Notes: generated by a model not told the origin, from the sequence alone. A stretch of DNA of 64,000 nt from an uncultured Actinomycetes bacterium (GCA_963789445.1 CAWBKS010000003.1:102402-166401); one strand, 5' to 3'. Shown: positions 29,950 through 39,700, numbered from the stretch's first letter. Made by a program: numbers and translations.

Positions 29950-31332
29950 CTAACCGGGGGCGCCGTTGGCGGGTGCCGGCCGCTCGACCTTCTTCGCCCA
30001 CTCGGTAGCCGCTACCGCTGCGGCCACCGTCAACACCCACATCGCTTCACCGGCAACCCATCGGCTCTCGGAGAGGTTGACGACGATGACGAACACGAGC
30101 AGGCCGAGTGGCCAAAGCGTCATCACGTCATTCCCTCTCCAGGCGAGCAGGAAGGCACGCCACAACGCATACGCAAGGAACGCGACGAACACGGCGAACC
30201 CGATCGCTCCGACGCCAAGGAGGATCTCGTAATAGCCGCTGTGGGAGGAATACGGAAAGTTGCCTTCGAACGCCGCCCGCGCGTGCTGCGCAGTCAGCGG
30301 ATTTGCCCAGATCGTCTCGAACCCCCATCCGCTAAGCGGACGCATGGACAAGAACCTCAGATCGATCTCCCATATCTCCGTTCGCCGAGTCAGATTGCTC
30401 GACCTGCCCATCAGATCGAGGATGGTCGACCAGTTCCAGCTGATCAGTCCTCCGATGATGGTCACCAGACCGACGGACAGCACGGCGCCGCCCGGTGTAG
30501 TCAAGATCGCGCGACCCGGCCGGCGGACGGCATAGATGCCGGCCGATACGGCCAGGGCCACGGCGAAGGCGATCGGTCCCGTCCTGTTGCCGGCTCGTAT
30601 CAGCAGATACACGTCGAGCGCGCCGACAACGCCGATCGCGATCCTTTGGCGCGCTTTGACCGTGGTGAAAAGAAAGACCCCTCCGAGAAGGCCGAGGCAG
30701 AGAACGGGTCCAAGGATCTGCCGGTTCGTGTACATGCCGGACCACACACCCTCCAGGCCCGCCGTCGACCGGGCGATGTCCGGCCAAGCCACCAGCGCGA
30801 TCAGCGTGCTCGCAACGGCCGCGGCGCCGAGTCCGGCGACGATCCCGGCCTGTTGGCGCAGCGTGAAACGGTGGCCCATGTACCAACCGACGACGGCAGC
30901 GCCGATGAACAACGAGACGTGCCAGATCGTGACTTGCGGCCTCTCGGACCAGGCGAGCGAGGCCCAGGAAACCGCCAGGAAGACGATGAGGAACGGCTGT
31001 CGGAGAACGGTAGACGGGCGACTGCGCATCAGAGCCACGATCACCACGGCGGCTTCGACGGCGACGAAAACTCCGCGTATCACATTGTCCTCGGGCCACA
31101 GGACGCCTGGAGGACCTCCGAATACGTCCGCCATCCTTTCTCGCAGGAACAGCACCGGCCCTCGGCCCAGGACGAACAACGCGAAGATCGCAAGGCCGAA
31201 CTCCCAGCGAGCAGGGTTGGACACCGCTCCTACGGCGATCGCACTCAGGTCACGAGCTCTCACGGCTGCGCGACGAGTGGCTCTCCTCTTGGGCGGGTAC
31301 GCTACGCCGCCTAGCGCGGTCGCCGACTCCAT
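29950..31332 (-). CDS. Wzy_C / O-antigen ligase family polytopic membrane protein
   Basis: About 10-12 TM helices with a periplasmic loop signature (NFPYSSHSGYYEILLGVGAIG). WaaL, O-polymerases and PglL-type O-oligosaccharyltransferases share this fold. Confidence 0.65.
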   Translation of the reverse strand: MESATALGGVAYPPKRRATRRAAVRARDLSAIAVGAVSNPARWEFGLAIFALFVLGRGPVLFLRERMADVFGGPPGVLWPEDNVIRGVFVAVEAAVVIVALMRSRPSTVLRQPFLIVFLAVSWASLAWSERPQVTIWHVSLFIGAAVVGWYMGHRFTLRQQAGIVAGLGAAAVASTLIALVAWPDIARSTAGLEGVWSGMYTNRQILGPVLCLGLLGGVFLFTTVKARQRIAIGVVGALDVYLLIRAGNRTGPIAFAVALAVSAGIYAVRRPGRAILTTPGGAVLSVGLVTIIGGLISWNWSTILDLMGRSSNLTRRTEIWEIDLRFLSMRPLSGWGFETIWANPLTAQHARAAFEGNFPYSSHSGYYEILLGVGAIGFAVFVAFLAYALWRAFLLAWRGNDVMTLWPLGLLVFVIVVNLSESRWVAGEAMWVLTVAAAVAATEWAKKVERPAPANGAPG

Positions 31333-31369
31333 GAAACTAATGGTGCCGCAAAGGAGAGCTTTTCGGCGC

Positions 31370-31546
31370 TTATCTCGACGGGCGGCCCGTCGGACGCCGC
31401 CGATCCCTTCCGGCGCGCTTCAGCGCTTCCGCGAGCAGGTACTCGATCTGCGCGTTGACGCTGCGCAGCTCGTCGGAGGCCCACTTTTCGAGCGCGGCAT
31501 ACACATCGGGCGAGATGCGCAGGAGGAAGCTCTTTCGGTCGGCCAC
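31370..31546 (-). CDS. Ribbon-helix-helix (CopG/Arc family) small DNA-binding protein, 58 aa (not in ORF track)
   Basis: Manual translation from GTG 31546: (M)[58 protein letters not shown] beta-strand then two helices, typical of RHH proteins. It lies between SPFH and Wzy_C genes on the same strand. Confidence 0.45.
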   Translation of the reverse strand: MADRKSFLLRISPDVYAALEKWASDELRSVNAQIEYLLAEALKRAGRDRRRPTGRPSR

Positions 31547-31556
31547 GCAAATGGCC

Positions 31557-32444
31557 TTACTGGTACAAAGTCCCCGTGTTGACGACCGGCTGAGCGTGGT
31601 GCTCGCTGCACAGGACGACGAGCAGGTTGGAGACCATCGCGGCCTTTCGCTCCTCGTCCAGCTCGACGATCCCAGATTGACGAAGCCGCGTAAGCGCGTC
31701 GTCCACCATGCTCACCGCTCCTTCAACGATCCGGAAGCGTGCAGCCACCACAGCCTCGGCCTGCTGTCGCCGGAGCATGTCGGCCGCGATCTCCGGCGCA
31801 TACGCCAGGCGCCGGAGCTGTGTCCGCATTACCTCGACCCCGGCCAGCTGGAGCTGCTCCTGCAGCTCGGTGTGCAGCGAAGCCGTGACTTCGTCGGCGT
31901 TCGCTCGCAATGAGTGCTCGCCATCTTGGTACGAGTCATACGGGAATTTGCTCGCCATGTGGCGAACGGCCGTCTCCGTCTGGATCCTGACGAAATCCTC
32001 GTAATCCTCGACATCGAACGAGGCCCGAGCCGTGTCGACCACGCGCCACACAATCACCGCAGCAACCTCGATGGGGTTGCCGGCGGCGTCGTTGACTTTG
32101 AGGGTCTGGCTGTCGAAGTTCTGGATGCGCAGGGAGATCCTCTCGCGAAGCACCAGCGGCATGGGAATGGTCCACCGCCAGCCGTCGCGTTTCTCGGTCC
32201 CGAAGTACCGGCCGAGCAGAGTGAACACTTTGGCTTCATTGGGGAACACCAGGAAGAACCCGAGCAAGCCCCACGTGGTGAAGAACAGGATCACAGCTCC
32301 AATGGCGATCGCCGGTCCCAGCACCATTTCCGTCGCGGAGTCGTAGCTGGACACCATCAGCACCACCGCGACAACCTTCAGCGCGACGAGAACGATCAGC
32401 ATCATCCACCCCGGAAGCACCGGGGCCTTTCGTTCGGTCGTCAT
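31557..32444 (-). CDS. SPFH/band-7 (stomatin/prohibitin-like) membrane protein
   Basis: N-terminal TM helix followed by an SPFH domain and a coiled-coil C-terminus. Confidence 0.85.
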   Translation of the reverse strand: MTTERKAPVLPGWMMLIVLVALKVVAVVLMVSSYDSATEMVLGPAIAIGAVILFFTTWGLLGFFLVFPNEAKVFTLLGRYFGTEKRDGWRWTIPMPLVLRERISLRIQNFDSQTLKVNDAAGNPIEVAAVIVWRVVDTARASFDVEDYEDFVRIQTETAVRHMASKFPYDSYQDGEHSLRANADEVTASLHTELQEQLQLAGVEVMRTQLRRLAYAPEIAADMLRRQQAEAVVAARFRIVEGAVSMVDDALTRLRQSGIVELDEERKAAMVSNLLVVLCSEHHAQPVVNTGTLYQ

Positions 32445-32467
32445 CTTCCATCCCCCTTGACCGTCTA

Positions 32468-32493
32468 ATATCTAACTGATATCACTTAGATAT
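32468..32493. promoter_or_regulatory. Near-perfect 26-bp AT-rich palindrome ATATCTAAcTGATATCAcTTAGATAT (24/26 symmetric) in a divergent promoter
   Basis: Seen directly. It is located between the SPFH gene start (32444, minus) and the P450 start (32580, plus) in an otherwise GC-rich genome. Confidence 0.5.
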
Positions 32494-32579
32494 ACACCCT
32501 TGCTGCGTCGTGTCAAGGGGTTCATGTGACAGTCGTGGTGGTATATCGTCTGGAACGCACCGAGAGGGGACCGTAAGCC

Positions 32580-33839
32580 ATGGAGACAACGCAGCAGCAG
32601 CCACAACTTCCCCCGATCGACGGCAATTCCTTCCCCTTCGACCCCCGGGACCCCGTCTTCCGAGCCGATCCCTATCCGACCTACAACCGCCTGCGGGAGA
32701 ACAAGCCGGTCATGGTCTCGACGTTGGGCTTGACCGTCCTTTCGCGTCACCACGATTGCGTGATGGTCCTGCATCACCCCGAGACATCGAACGACCAACG
32801 CAACTCGGCCCTCTACAAGACCTACGCCGAGTCGCTCGACTTCGACCCTTTCGAGGACAGGCAGCCGTCCTTTCTCTTCCTGGATCCCCCGGATCACACG
32901 CGATTGCGCGGACTGGTGTCGCATGCGTTCACACCCCGTCGTGTCCGCGACCTCGGCCCCCTGATCGAACAGGTCGTCGGCGAGCTCATCGACGCACGCG
33001 AGGCCGGCGGCGAGTTCGAGGCCGTCGAGGATCTCGCCTATCCCCTGCCGGTTCGCATCATCTGCGAGCTGCTCGGCGTTCCGCCGTCCGACAACCAGAT
33101 CTTCAAGGACTGGTCGCACGATCTGGCTCGAGCACTTGATCCCGATTTCATGATCCCCGACGACGTTCGCCAACGGCAGATGGCCGCCGTCGAAGGTCTC
33201 CGGGAGTACTTCGAGAAGCTCATAGCCGAGCGAACGAAGAACCCGGGTGACGACATGCTCTCGGCCCTCATCCAAGCCGAGCAGGACGGCGACAAGCTCA
33301 CCCACGACGAGCTTCTTACGACACTCACATTGCTGCTCATCGCCGGCTTCGAGACGACCGTGAACCTGATCGGCAACGCCGTCCTGCAGCTCGGACGGCA
33401 CCCCGATCAGTGGGCGAAGCTTCGTGCCGATCCGTCCTTGGCCCGGGGCGCGGTCGAGGAGACCCTGCGTTTCGACCCACCCGTGCAGCTCACGGGGCGC
33501 ATATCAATGACCGACCTTCAGGTCGGCGGACACACGATCGGCAAGGGTCAGCAGGCAATCTGTGTGATCGGGGCGGCCAACCGGGACCCGGAGGAGTTCG
33601 GCCCCACGGCGCAGGTCTACGACATCACGCGATCCAACATCAATCACGTCTCGTTCGGCGCCGGTATCCACTTCTGTGTCGGTGCTCCTCTGGCGCGGAT
33701 CGAGGCGACCTTGGCGCTCAAGAAGCTCGCCGAGCGCGTCGAGAGCTTCGAGGTCGGCACCGATAGCCCCGAGTACAAGGAGAACTTCGTACTGCGTGGT
33801 TTGCAATCACTACCCGTTAGCTTTCAACCTGCTAGGTAG
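32580..33839 (+). CDS. Cytochrome P450
   Basis: Heme-binding loop FGAGIHFCVGAPLAR, ETLR and AGFETT (I-helix) motifs. 419 aa. Confidence 0.9.
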   Translation: METTQQQPQLPPIDGNSFPFDPRDPVFRADPYPTYNRLRENKPVMVSTLGLTVLSRHHDCVMVLHHPETSNDQRNSALYKTYAESLDFDPFEDRQPSFLFLDPPDHTRLRGLVSHAFTPRRVRDLGPLIEQVVGELIDAREAGGEFEAVEDLAYPLPVRIICELLGVPPSDNQIFKDWSHDLARALDPDFMIPDDVRQRQMAAVEGLREYFEKLIAERTKNPGDDMLSALIQAEQDGDKLTHDELLTTLTLLLIAGFETTVNLIGNAVLQLGRHPDQWAKLRADPSLARGAVEETLRFDPPVQLTGRISMTDLQVGGHTIGKGQQAICVIGAANRDPEEFGPTAQVYDITRSNINHVSFGAGIHFCVGAPLARIEATLALKKLAERVESFEVGTDSPEYKENFVLRGLQSLPVSFQPAR

Positions 33840-33860
33840 CAACCGAAAGGAGGAAGAGGA

Positions 33861-34247
33861 ATGCCTGAATTCCTGTCCGATGACTGGATGACCGAGGTGC
33901 GGAAGATGTACGACGAAGCGAAGCTTCCCGCACCCACCGGCGCGATGGCAGACCTGAAGATCAACATCGTCGTGACCGGGGGACCCTCGGGCGACAAGGA
34001 GATCCACATGGCCGCAGGTGAGTTCGAGGAGGGGCTTGCCGCGGACGCCCCCACGAAACTCACGGTCCCCTACGACGTCGCGAAGGCGGTGTTCGTCGAA
34101 GGGAACCAGCAAGCGGCCATGCAGGCCTTCATGCAGGGCCAGGTGAAGGTCGAGGGCGACATGTCCAAGCTGATGGCCATGCAGACGGCCGCTCCGAGCC
34201 CCGAGCAGACTGCCCTTCAGGAGAAGATCAAGGGGATCACCGAGTAG
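33861..34247 (+). CDS. SCP2 sterol-binding domain protein
   Basis: 128 aa. Pattern ...MAAGEFEEGLAADAPTKLTVPYDVAKAVFVEGNQQAAMQAFMQGQVKVEGDMSKLMAMQ matches SCP-2. The RBS AAGGAGG and proximity to the P450 suggest co-transcription. Confidence 0.7.
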   Translation: MPEFLSDDWMTEVRKMYDEAKLPAPTGAMADLKINIVVTGGPSGDKEIHMAAGEFEEGLAADAPTKLTVPYDVAKAVFVEGNQQAAMQAFMQGQVKVEGDMSKLMAMQTAAPSPEQTALQEKIKGITE

Positions 34248-34270
34248 CTACACACGATCCCAGCAATCAA

Positions 34271-34301
34271 AGGACGCCGTCTTCGGGCGGCGTCCTTTTT
34301 T
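34271..34301. terminator. Bidirectional rho-independent terminator
   Basis: GGACGCCG-tcttcg-GGCGGCGTCC followed by TTTTTT, preceded by an A-rich stretch. It sits between convergent genes (SCP2 end 34247; BchI-like end 34308). Confidence 0.75.
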
Positions 34302-34307
34302 GTGGGG

Positions 34308-35744
34308 CTAGCGGCCGTAGCGCGCGCCGGCTGCCGTCGGTGTCTTGTTGAGACGCTTTCCGAGGTGCAGTCCCTCGCAGATGAACTCGAGTGCCGCCGC
34401 AGTGGTAGCCGGTGACTCTCCGGCCTCCAGCTTCTCTAACGCGCGCGCCATCCCCTTGAGGTCGCCGAACTGCCGGCAGAACTCCTCGGATCCCAACGCC
34501 GCAGAAGCGTCGATGCTGAGCCCCTCGTCGTCGAAGCGCTGGATCAGCTCCACGAAGGCCTCGCCGCGAAGATCGCGCTGGAACACCGCAAACACCGCCT
34601 GACGGACCAGCTTGGAAAGGATGTCGCCTTCCCGCCCTTCTTCCAGGGCTTCGACCTCGACCTTGCCCAACGTTGACGAAGCGACGGCGTCGAGATCGGA
34701 GATCCGCGGAACGGCTTCGGTTTCGCCGAGCCTGATCGCGCGCTTGAGTGCCGACGCCGTTACCGTTTCGTAGTTGCAGATCGACAGTCGCACCGAAACA
34801 CCGGAGCGCTGGTTCACCTGAGGAGAGCGCCGCGCCTGGTGTGTCAGCTCGGCGATCACGTCCTTCATGTACTGCGGGAAACGGACGGGCAAACCGAGTT
34901 CGATCGGTGTCGATTCCTGATCGACGATCGCGACTTCCTCCTCGATCGTCTCGGGGTAGTGCGTTCGGATCTGCGCCCCGAAGCGGTCCTTCAGGGGCGT
35001 GATTATCCGGCCGCGGTTGGTGTAGTCCTCGGGGTTGGCCGATGCGCACAGCATGACGTCCAGCGGCAGCCTGATCTTGTATCCCCGGATCTGGATGTCG
35101 CGTTCCTCGAGCAGGTTGAGCAGCGCGACCTGGATCCTCTCGGCCAGGTCCGGCAGCTCGTTGATCGCGAAGATCCCGCGGTTCGTCCGAGGGATCAGTC
35201 CGTAGTGGATCGTGTGCTCGTCGGCGAGGTAACGGCCCTCGGCCACCTTGATCGGGTCGACCTCGCCGATCAGGTCGGCCACCGAGATGTCGGGAGTCGC
35301 GAGCTTCTCCGCGTACCGCTGGTCGGGGGTGAGCCAGACGATCGGGGTGTCGTCGCCCTTCTCGGCGATCAGCTGGCGGCACGACGCGCAGATCGGGGCG
35401 AAGGGATCGTCGTTGATCTCGCATCCCGCGATCGCCGGGAGCTCGGGATCGAGGAGCTTGGTGAGGTCGCGCATGATGCGGGACTTGGCCTGTCCGCGCT
35501 CACCGAGAAAGATCACATCGTGTGAGGCGAGGATCGCGTTCTCGACGGCCGGCACGACCGTTTCGTCATACCCGACGATGCCCTCGAAGACGGGTTCGCC
35601 GCTGCGCAGCCTGGTTGTAAGGTTCTCCCGCAGCTCGGTGTGGACGGACCGCGATCGGTAGCCGGACGCTTTCAGCTGTCCGACGGTAGCCGGATTAGAC
35701 ACTGATTCCCCCTGTTGACGAGGCGGACGGACCTGGCAGGCCAT
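34308..35744 (-). CDS. ChlI/BchI-like (Mg-chelatase subunit I family) AAA+ ATPase
   Basis: GIVGYDETV...VIFLGERGQAKS (Walker A-like) and LLNLLEE...LDVMLCASANPE sensor regions. Start taken at ATG 35744; the longer ORF N-terminus is W-rich and likely spurious. Confidence 0.7.
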   Translation of the reverse strand: MACQVRPPRQQGESVSNPATVGQLKASGYRSRSVHTELRENLTTRLRSGEPVFEGIVGYDETVVPAVENAILASHDVIFLGERGQAKSRIMRDLTKLLDPELPAIAGCEINDDPFAPICASCRQLIAEKGDDTPIVWLTPDQRYAEKLATPDISVADLIGEVDPIKVAEGRYLADEHTIHYGLIPRTNRGIFAINELPDLAERIQVALLNLLEERDIQIRGYKIRLPLDVMLCASANPEDYTNRGRIITPLKDRFGAQIRTHYPETIEEEVAIVDQESTPIELGLPVRFPQYMKDVIAELTHQARRSPQVNQRSGVSVRLSICNYETVTASALKRAIRLGETEAVPRISDLDAVASSTLGKVEVEALEEGREGDILSKLVRQAVFAVFQRDLRGEAFVELIQRFDDEGLSIDASAALGSEEFCRQFGDLKGMARALEKLEAGESPATTAAALEFICEGLHLGKRLNKTPTAAGARYGR

Positions 35745-35796
35745 CAGTATAGTGAGGGCGCTCAACCACCACTTCCAGTAGTAGGAGGACGAACGG

Positions 35797-36090
35797 ATGG
35801 CGTATGTGATCTGCGAGCCCTGCGTCGATATCAAGGACCGGGCTTGCGTCGAGGAGTGCCCCGTCGACTGTATCTACGAGCACGGGCCGCAGCTCTACAT
35901 ACACCCCACCGAGTGCGTCGACTGCGACGCCTGCATGCCCGTTTGCCCGGTCGACGCGATCTTCCCGGCCGACGACGTCCCCGGGGAGTGGAAGGAGTTC
36001 ACTGCGATCAACGCGGACTTCTTCACCGAGCATCCCGACGCGCAGGGCGGGGCCTCACAGAGCGCGTACGCCCCGCAGCTCGAGGATTGA
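35797..36090 (+). CDS. fdxA: 7Fe ferredoxin (FdxA type, [3Fe-4S][4Fe-4S])
   Basis: MAYVICEPCVDIKDRACVEECPVDCIY...CVDCDACMPVCPVDAI cysteine pattern. Confidence 0.85.
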   Translation: MAYVICEPCVDIKDRACVEECPVDCIYEHGPQLYIHPTECVDCDACMPVCPVDAIFPADDVPGEWKEFTAINADFFTEHPDAQGGASQSAYAPQLED

Positions 36091-36311
36091 GCTTCCGGGT
36101 CAGCATCAAGCCCGGTGATGTGGGGAAGCGGGTCACCCTCATGTACTTCGACGATGCCGGCGCCCGGCACGAAGTGGTGGGACACCTTGAGCGGGCCGAG
36201 GTCGAGCAGGGAGAGCCGGTCCTCCACGTCCGCCGCAAGGACGACAGCATGGTCGCCGTGCCCATGAGCCGGATCCGCGCAGGACGAGTAGTCCAACCCA
36301 CTCGCGGCTAG
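36087..36311 (+). CDS. Small hypothetical protein (74 aa) overlapping the fdxA stop
   Basis: TTG start overlaps the fdxA stop TGA. Translation VSIKPGDVGKRVTLMYFDDAGARHEVVGHLERAEV... Evidence is the ORF only. Confidence 0.25.
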   Translation: MSFRVSIKPGDVGKRVTLMYFDDAGARHEVVGHLERAEVEQGEPVLHVRRKDDSMVAVPMSRIRAGRVVQPTRG

Positions 36312-36323
36312 ACTCGCGTTTCC

Positions 36324-36956
36324 ATGCCCAAGAGCCGACAGCAACGCCGCGCGCGTGCGCGCAGCCCGCTCAAGAAGAAGCGCAACGGGACTCGTTGGTT
36401 CACCCTGGCGCTGGTGATCGTCCTGGGTCTTGGTTTCGCAGGCATCGTTTGGTCCCGCGCCAACCCTCCTCCGCTGACGCGCGGAGCGTCGGCCGGCGAA
36501 CACTGGCACGCGTCGTACAAGATCTTCATCTGCGGAAAGCGGCTGGCCAACTACCCCAGCGTCGAAGGCGAGATCCACTCACACGGTGACGGTTTCCTTC
36601 ACATCCACCCTTCGACCATCGCCGCGACCGGGAACAACGCGAACCTCGGCACTTTCCTTCGCCTCTACGAAACGAGCTTCAGCGAAGACAACTCCAAACG
36701 CGTCTTCGTCCTGCCCGACGGCAAGAAGTACAAAGATGGCGACCGCTGTCCCGACGGGAAGAAGTACAACTGGGAGCTGCTCAACAAGGGCAAAGAGATA
36801 GAGGGAGATCCGTCGGCCTTCCTTCCGCACGACGGGGACCAGATCGTCATGCGCTTCGGCAAGGAAGGCAAGAAGATCCTGCCCAACCCGTATGCCGAGC
36901 AGAAGGGCCTGCCGCAACCGTCGACGGGACCGGACCGAGGTCCCGCTGCGGATTAA
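36324..36956 (+). CDS. Hypothetical signal-anchored protein with a His-rich putative metal-binding motif
   Basis: 210 aa. N-terminal basic region plus one TM helix, then GEHWHASYKIFICGK...EGEIHSHGDGFLHIHP. No family recognised. Confidence 0.5.
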   Translation: MPKSRQQRRARARSPLKKKRNGTRWFTLALVIVLGLGFAGIVWSRANPPPLTRGASAGEHWHASYKIFICGKRLANYPSVEGEIHSHGDGFLHIHPSTIAATGNNANLGTFLRLYETSFSEDNSKRVFVLPDGKKYKDGDRCPDGKKYNWELLNKGKEIEGDPSAFLPHDGDQIVMRFGKEGKKILPNPYAEQKGLPQPSTGPDRGPAAD

Positions 36957-36972
36957 GCGCGAACTTTCGCGC
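36957..36972. terminator. Hairpin terminator between convergent genes
   Basis: GCGCGAA-ct-TTCGCGC directly after a TAA stop, followed by a T-rich tract. A second short hairpin CCGCGtctaCGCGG abuts the aldolase stop. Confidence 0.55.
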
Positions 36973-37006
36973 TAAGCGGCGTTCTCCATCTTGTTCCTAG
37001 CCGCGT

Positions 37007-38029
37007 CTACGCGGCGGATTCCATCTGATCGGTGTAGCTGCCGTCGCGCGCCGCGCCGTTGCAACGTGCTCTATGGAGCAGCTCGCGCTGACCGGCCTCG
37101 ACGTTGGCGGGCTCACCCTTCCAAGCTTTGAGCGAAGGCGCCTGGAGCGCGCGTCCGTACGAGAACGAGAGCTCCCACGCGTGGGGGCCGAGCTTGTTCA
37201 TCTCATTGAGCCTGGCCGTCGCAGGGACGTCGTCCTGGCCACCGGAGAGGAAGACGATGCCCGGGATCGCTGCCGGCACGGTGTTGTAGAAGCACCGCAG
37301 GGTCTCGCGCGCGATCTCGCCGTCGGTGGCCTGGGTCGGACAGTCCTTGCCGGACAAGACCATGTTGGTCTTGAGCAACGCGCCTTCGAAGACGACACGG
37401 TGCGAGGCAAGTTGGCCGAACAGCGAACGCAAGGTCGACTCGGTTGCGTCGTAGCAGCGCTCGATCGTGTGGTCGCCGTCCATCAGGATCTCGGGCTCCA
37501 CGATCGGGACCATCCCAGCTTCTTGCGTAAGTGAGGCGAAGCGCGCCAGCGCGTGCGCGTTCGCATCGATGCAGAAGGACGTAGGGATCCCATCCCCGAT
37601 AGTGATGACGGCACGCCACTTGGTGAACTTCGCCCCCAGGTCTGCGTACTCGGCCAGACGCTCACGCAGCCCGTCCAAGCCCTCGGTAACGAGTTCGTCC
37701 TCGAAGCCGGAGAGGGGCTTGGCTCCCATGTCGACCTTGATGCCGGGGATCATCCCGCCGTCGGTGAGAACCTTGCTGAGCGGTTCACCCGTCGACGCGT
37801 TCTGGCGGATCGTCTCGTCGTAGAGGATCACTCCGGAGATGTGATCGCCCAGCCCTTTGGCCGTGAACAACATCTCCCGGTAAGCACGCCGGTTGTCCTC
37901 GGTGGACTCGAGGGATATCGAATCGAACCGCTTCTTTATCGTTCCCGAGCTCTCGTCGGCCGCAAGGATTCCCTTACCCGGCGCAACGAGTGCCCGCGCG
38001 ATCTCTTCGAGGTGTGAGTGATGCGACAT
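37007..38029 (-). CDS. fba: Fructose-bisphosphate aldolase, class I
   Basis: 340 aa. Class I Schiff-base aldolase signature (…ILAADESSGT…, catalytic Lys region LLKTNMV, LSGGQ). Confidence 0.9.
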   Translation of the reverse strand: MSHHSHLEEIARALVAPGKGILAADESSGTIKKRFDSISLESTEDNRRAYREMLFTAKGLGDHISGVILYDETIRQNASTGEPLSKVLTDGGMIPGIKVDMGAKPLSGFEDELVTEGLDGLRERLAEYADLGAKFTKWRAVITIGDGIPTSFCIDANAHALARFASLTQEAGMVPIVEPEILMDGDHTIERCYDATESTLRSLFGQLASHRVVFEGALLKTNMVLSGKDCPTQATDGEIARETLRCFYNTVPAAIPGIVFLSGGQDDVPATARLNEMNKLGPHAWELSFSYGRALQAPSLKAWKGEPANVEAGQRELLHRARCNGAARDGSYTDQMESAA

Positions 38030-38290
38030 CGATCCCTCCTTCGTGGCTAGAACCGTTTCCTCTAAACCGTCACTTCATGCACATGATTATCACGCTAGCG
38101 CTTAACCGCAGTTCAGGGGCCATTGACCCGTGAACCTTCCAGGTCTATGTTCGAAGTGCCTGGGCGGTTCATCGGGGTGATGTCTTTCCCCGGCCCCAGA
38201 CGGAGGTTCGGTAGTGCCCACTAGGGCACGCGACGATTGGAGCCTCGTCTGGCAGGGGCCGGTGGGGAGGAAAGCTTCCCGAAGGGCCGC

Positions 38291-38470
38291 CTAGGTCTTT
38301 TCTTGGTCCTGTTCTTTCTTCTCCGCGGCGTCCTCGTCGGCACCCTTCTGGAACTCGTCGCGAGCCTCACGAAGGCTGCGCGCGAGCTTCGGGAGCCGGG
38401 CCGCGCCGAAGAGCAAAAGGACAATCAGGACGAGCAGCAGGATCTCTCCGCCACCGATCTTTCCGAACAT
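38291..38470 (-). CDS. tatA: Twin-arginine translocase subunit TatA/E (59 aa; below ORF-track cutoff)
   Basis: Manual translation MFGKIGGGEILLLVLIVLLLFGAARLPKLARSLREARDEFQKGADEDAAEKKEQDQEKT. It shows a TM helix, the FG hinge, an amphipathic helix and an acidic tail. Confidence 0.8.
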   Translation of the reverse strand: MFGKIGGGEILLLVLIVLLLFGAARLPKLARSLREARDEFQKGADEDAAEKKEQDQEKT

Positions 38471-38529
38471 AACGACACGATACTCCTTGCGCTACTTTGG
38501 AGGTCTCCGTTGGTTTTAGAAGGATCCCG

Positions 38530-39642
38530 ATGACCTCGAAGCCCATCTCAGAGCTCGCCGTCCGCGAGGCACTCCACACCGTGATCGACCCCGAGATCGG
38601 CAAGCCGATCGACGAGATCGGGATGCTCGGCGGCTTTGAGATCGATGGCGCGAGCGTCGTCGTCGACGTCCTTCTCACGGTTTCGAACTGTCCCCTGCAG
38701 GACGAGCTCCAGCGCCGTGTGGTCGATGCGGTCCACGTGGTCGATGGGGTCGGGTCTGTCGATGTGCGCATGGGAGTGATGGAAGAGGACCGCAGGGCCG
38801 AGCTCGCTGCAGGTCTGCAGAAAGAGATCCAGTTCCGGGATCCGAACTCGCGCACGACCGTCATCGGCATCTCCTCGGGCAAAGGGGGTGTCGGCAAGTC
38901 GACGGTGACCACCAATCTCGCAGCAGCGATGCAGGCGAGCGGCCACAAGGTCGGTGTCCTGGACGCAGACATCTGGGGCTTTTCCATTCCGCGGATGCTC
39001 GGATTGCGCGGCGAACGCCCGGTTGCCTTCGACGGGACGATCATGCCGCTCAACAGAAACGGCGTGAAAGTCATCTCGATCGGTTTCTTCCTGCCCAATG
39101 AGGAAGAGCCGGTCGTGTGGCGGGGGCCGATGCTCCACAAAGCACTCGAGCAGTTCTTGACCGACGTTTACTGGGGCGCGGATCTCGAGTACCTGCTCAT
39201 CGACCTACCGCCCGGAACCGGCGACATCTCGCTGTCGCTCGCGACGTTCCTTCCGAACATGGGCATGGTCGTGGTCACTACTCCGCAACCTGTCGCGCAA
39301 AAGGTGGCCGAACGTGCCGCGAACATGTCCGAGAAGGTGAAGCAGAGGCTGCTCGGTGTCATCGAGAACATGTCGGGCATCGTGTGCGCGCACTGCGGAG
39401 AGGTAACGCCGATCTTCGGCGAGGGCGGAGGCGAGTTGCTGGCTCAGGCCCTCGAGGTGCCACTGCTGGCGAAGATCCCGCTGCTTCCCGATATGCGCGC
39501 GGCATCCGACGACGGAACCCCGTTCGTCTGGTCGCAACCCGACCATCCCGTCTCCCAGACGTACATGAGCATCGCTGGGAAACTCGCGGAATTCCGTCCC
39601 CGCCGGCGTCTGCCGGTAATGGAGATCGGACCCAAGCGCTAA
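38530..39642 (+). CDS. Mrp/ApbC family Fe-S cluster carrier ATPase
   Basis: N-terminal DUF59-like domain, then a ParA-type P-loop GKGGVGKST and a CxxC motif (CAHCGE). Confidence 0.85.
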   Translation: MTSKPISELAVREALHTVIDPEIGKPIDEIGMLGGFEIDGASVVVDVLLTVSNCPLQDELQRRVVDAVHVVDGVGSVDVRMGVMEEDRRAELAAGLQKEIQFRDPNSRTTVIGISSGKGGVGKSTVTTNLAAAMQASGHKVGVLDADIWGFSIPRMLGLRGERPVAFDGTIMPLNRNGVKVISIGFFLPNEEEPVVWRGPMLHKALEQFLTDVYWGADLEYLLIDLPPGTGDISLSLATFLPNMGMVVVTTPQPVAQKVAERAANMSEKVKQRLLGVIENMSGIVCAHCGEVTPIFGEGGGELLAQALEVPLLAKIPLLPDMRAASDDGTPFVWSQPDHPVSQTYMSIAGKLAEFRPRRRLPVMEIGPKR

Positions 39643-39700
39643 ATCGGCGCTTAGGCCTTGCTCAAGGTTCTTTTCCGGTCACCGGGGCCGAACCATATCC

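Noticed and set aside
38237-38533. 98-aa plus-strand ORF
   Set aside because: Antisense to tatA, whose 59-aa product has the canonical TatA helix-hinge-amphipathic structure. The plus-strand ORF starts with TTG and has no motifs.
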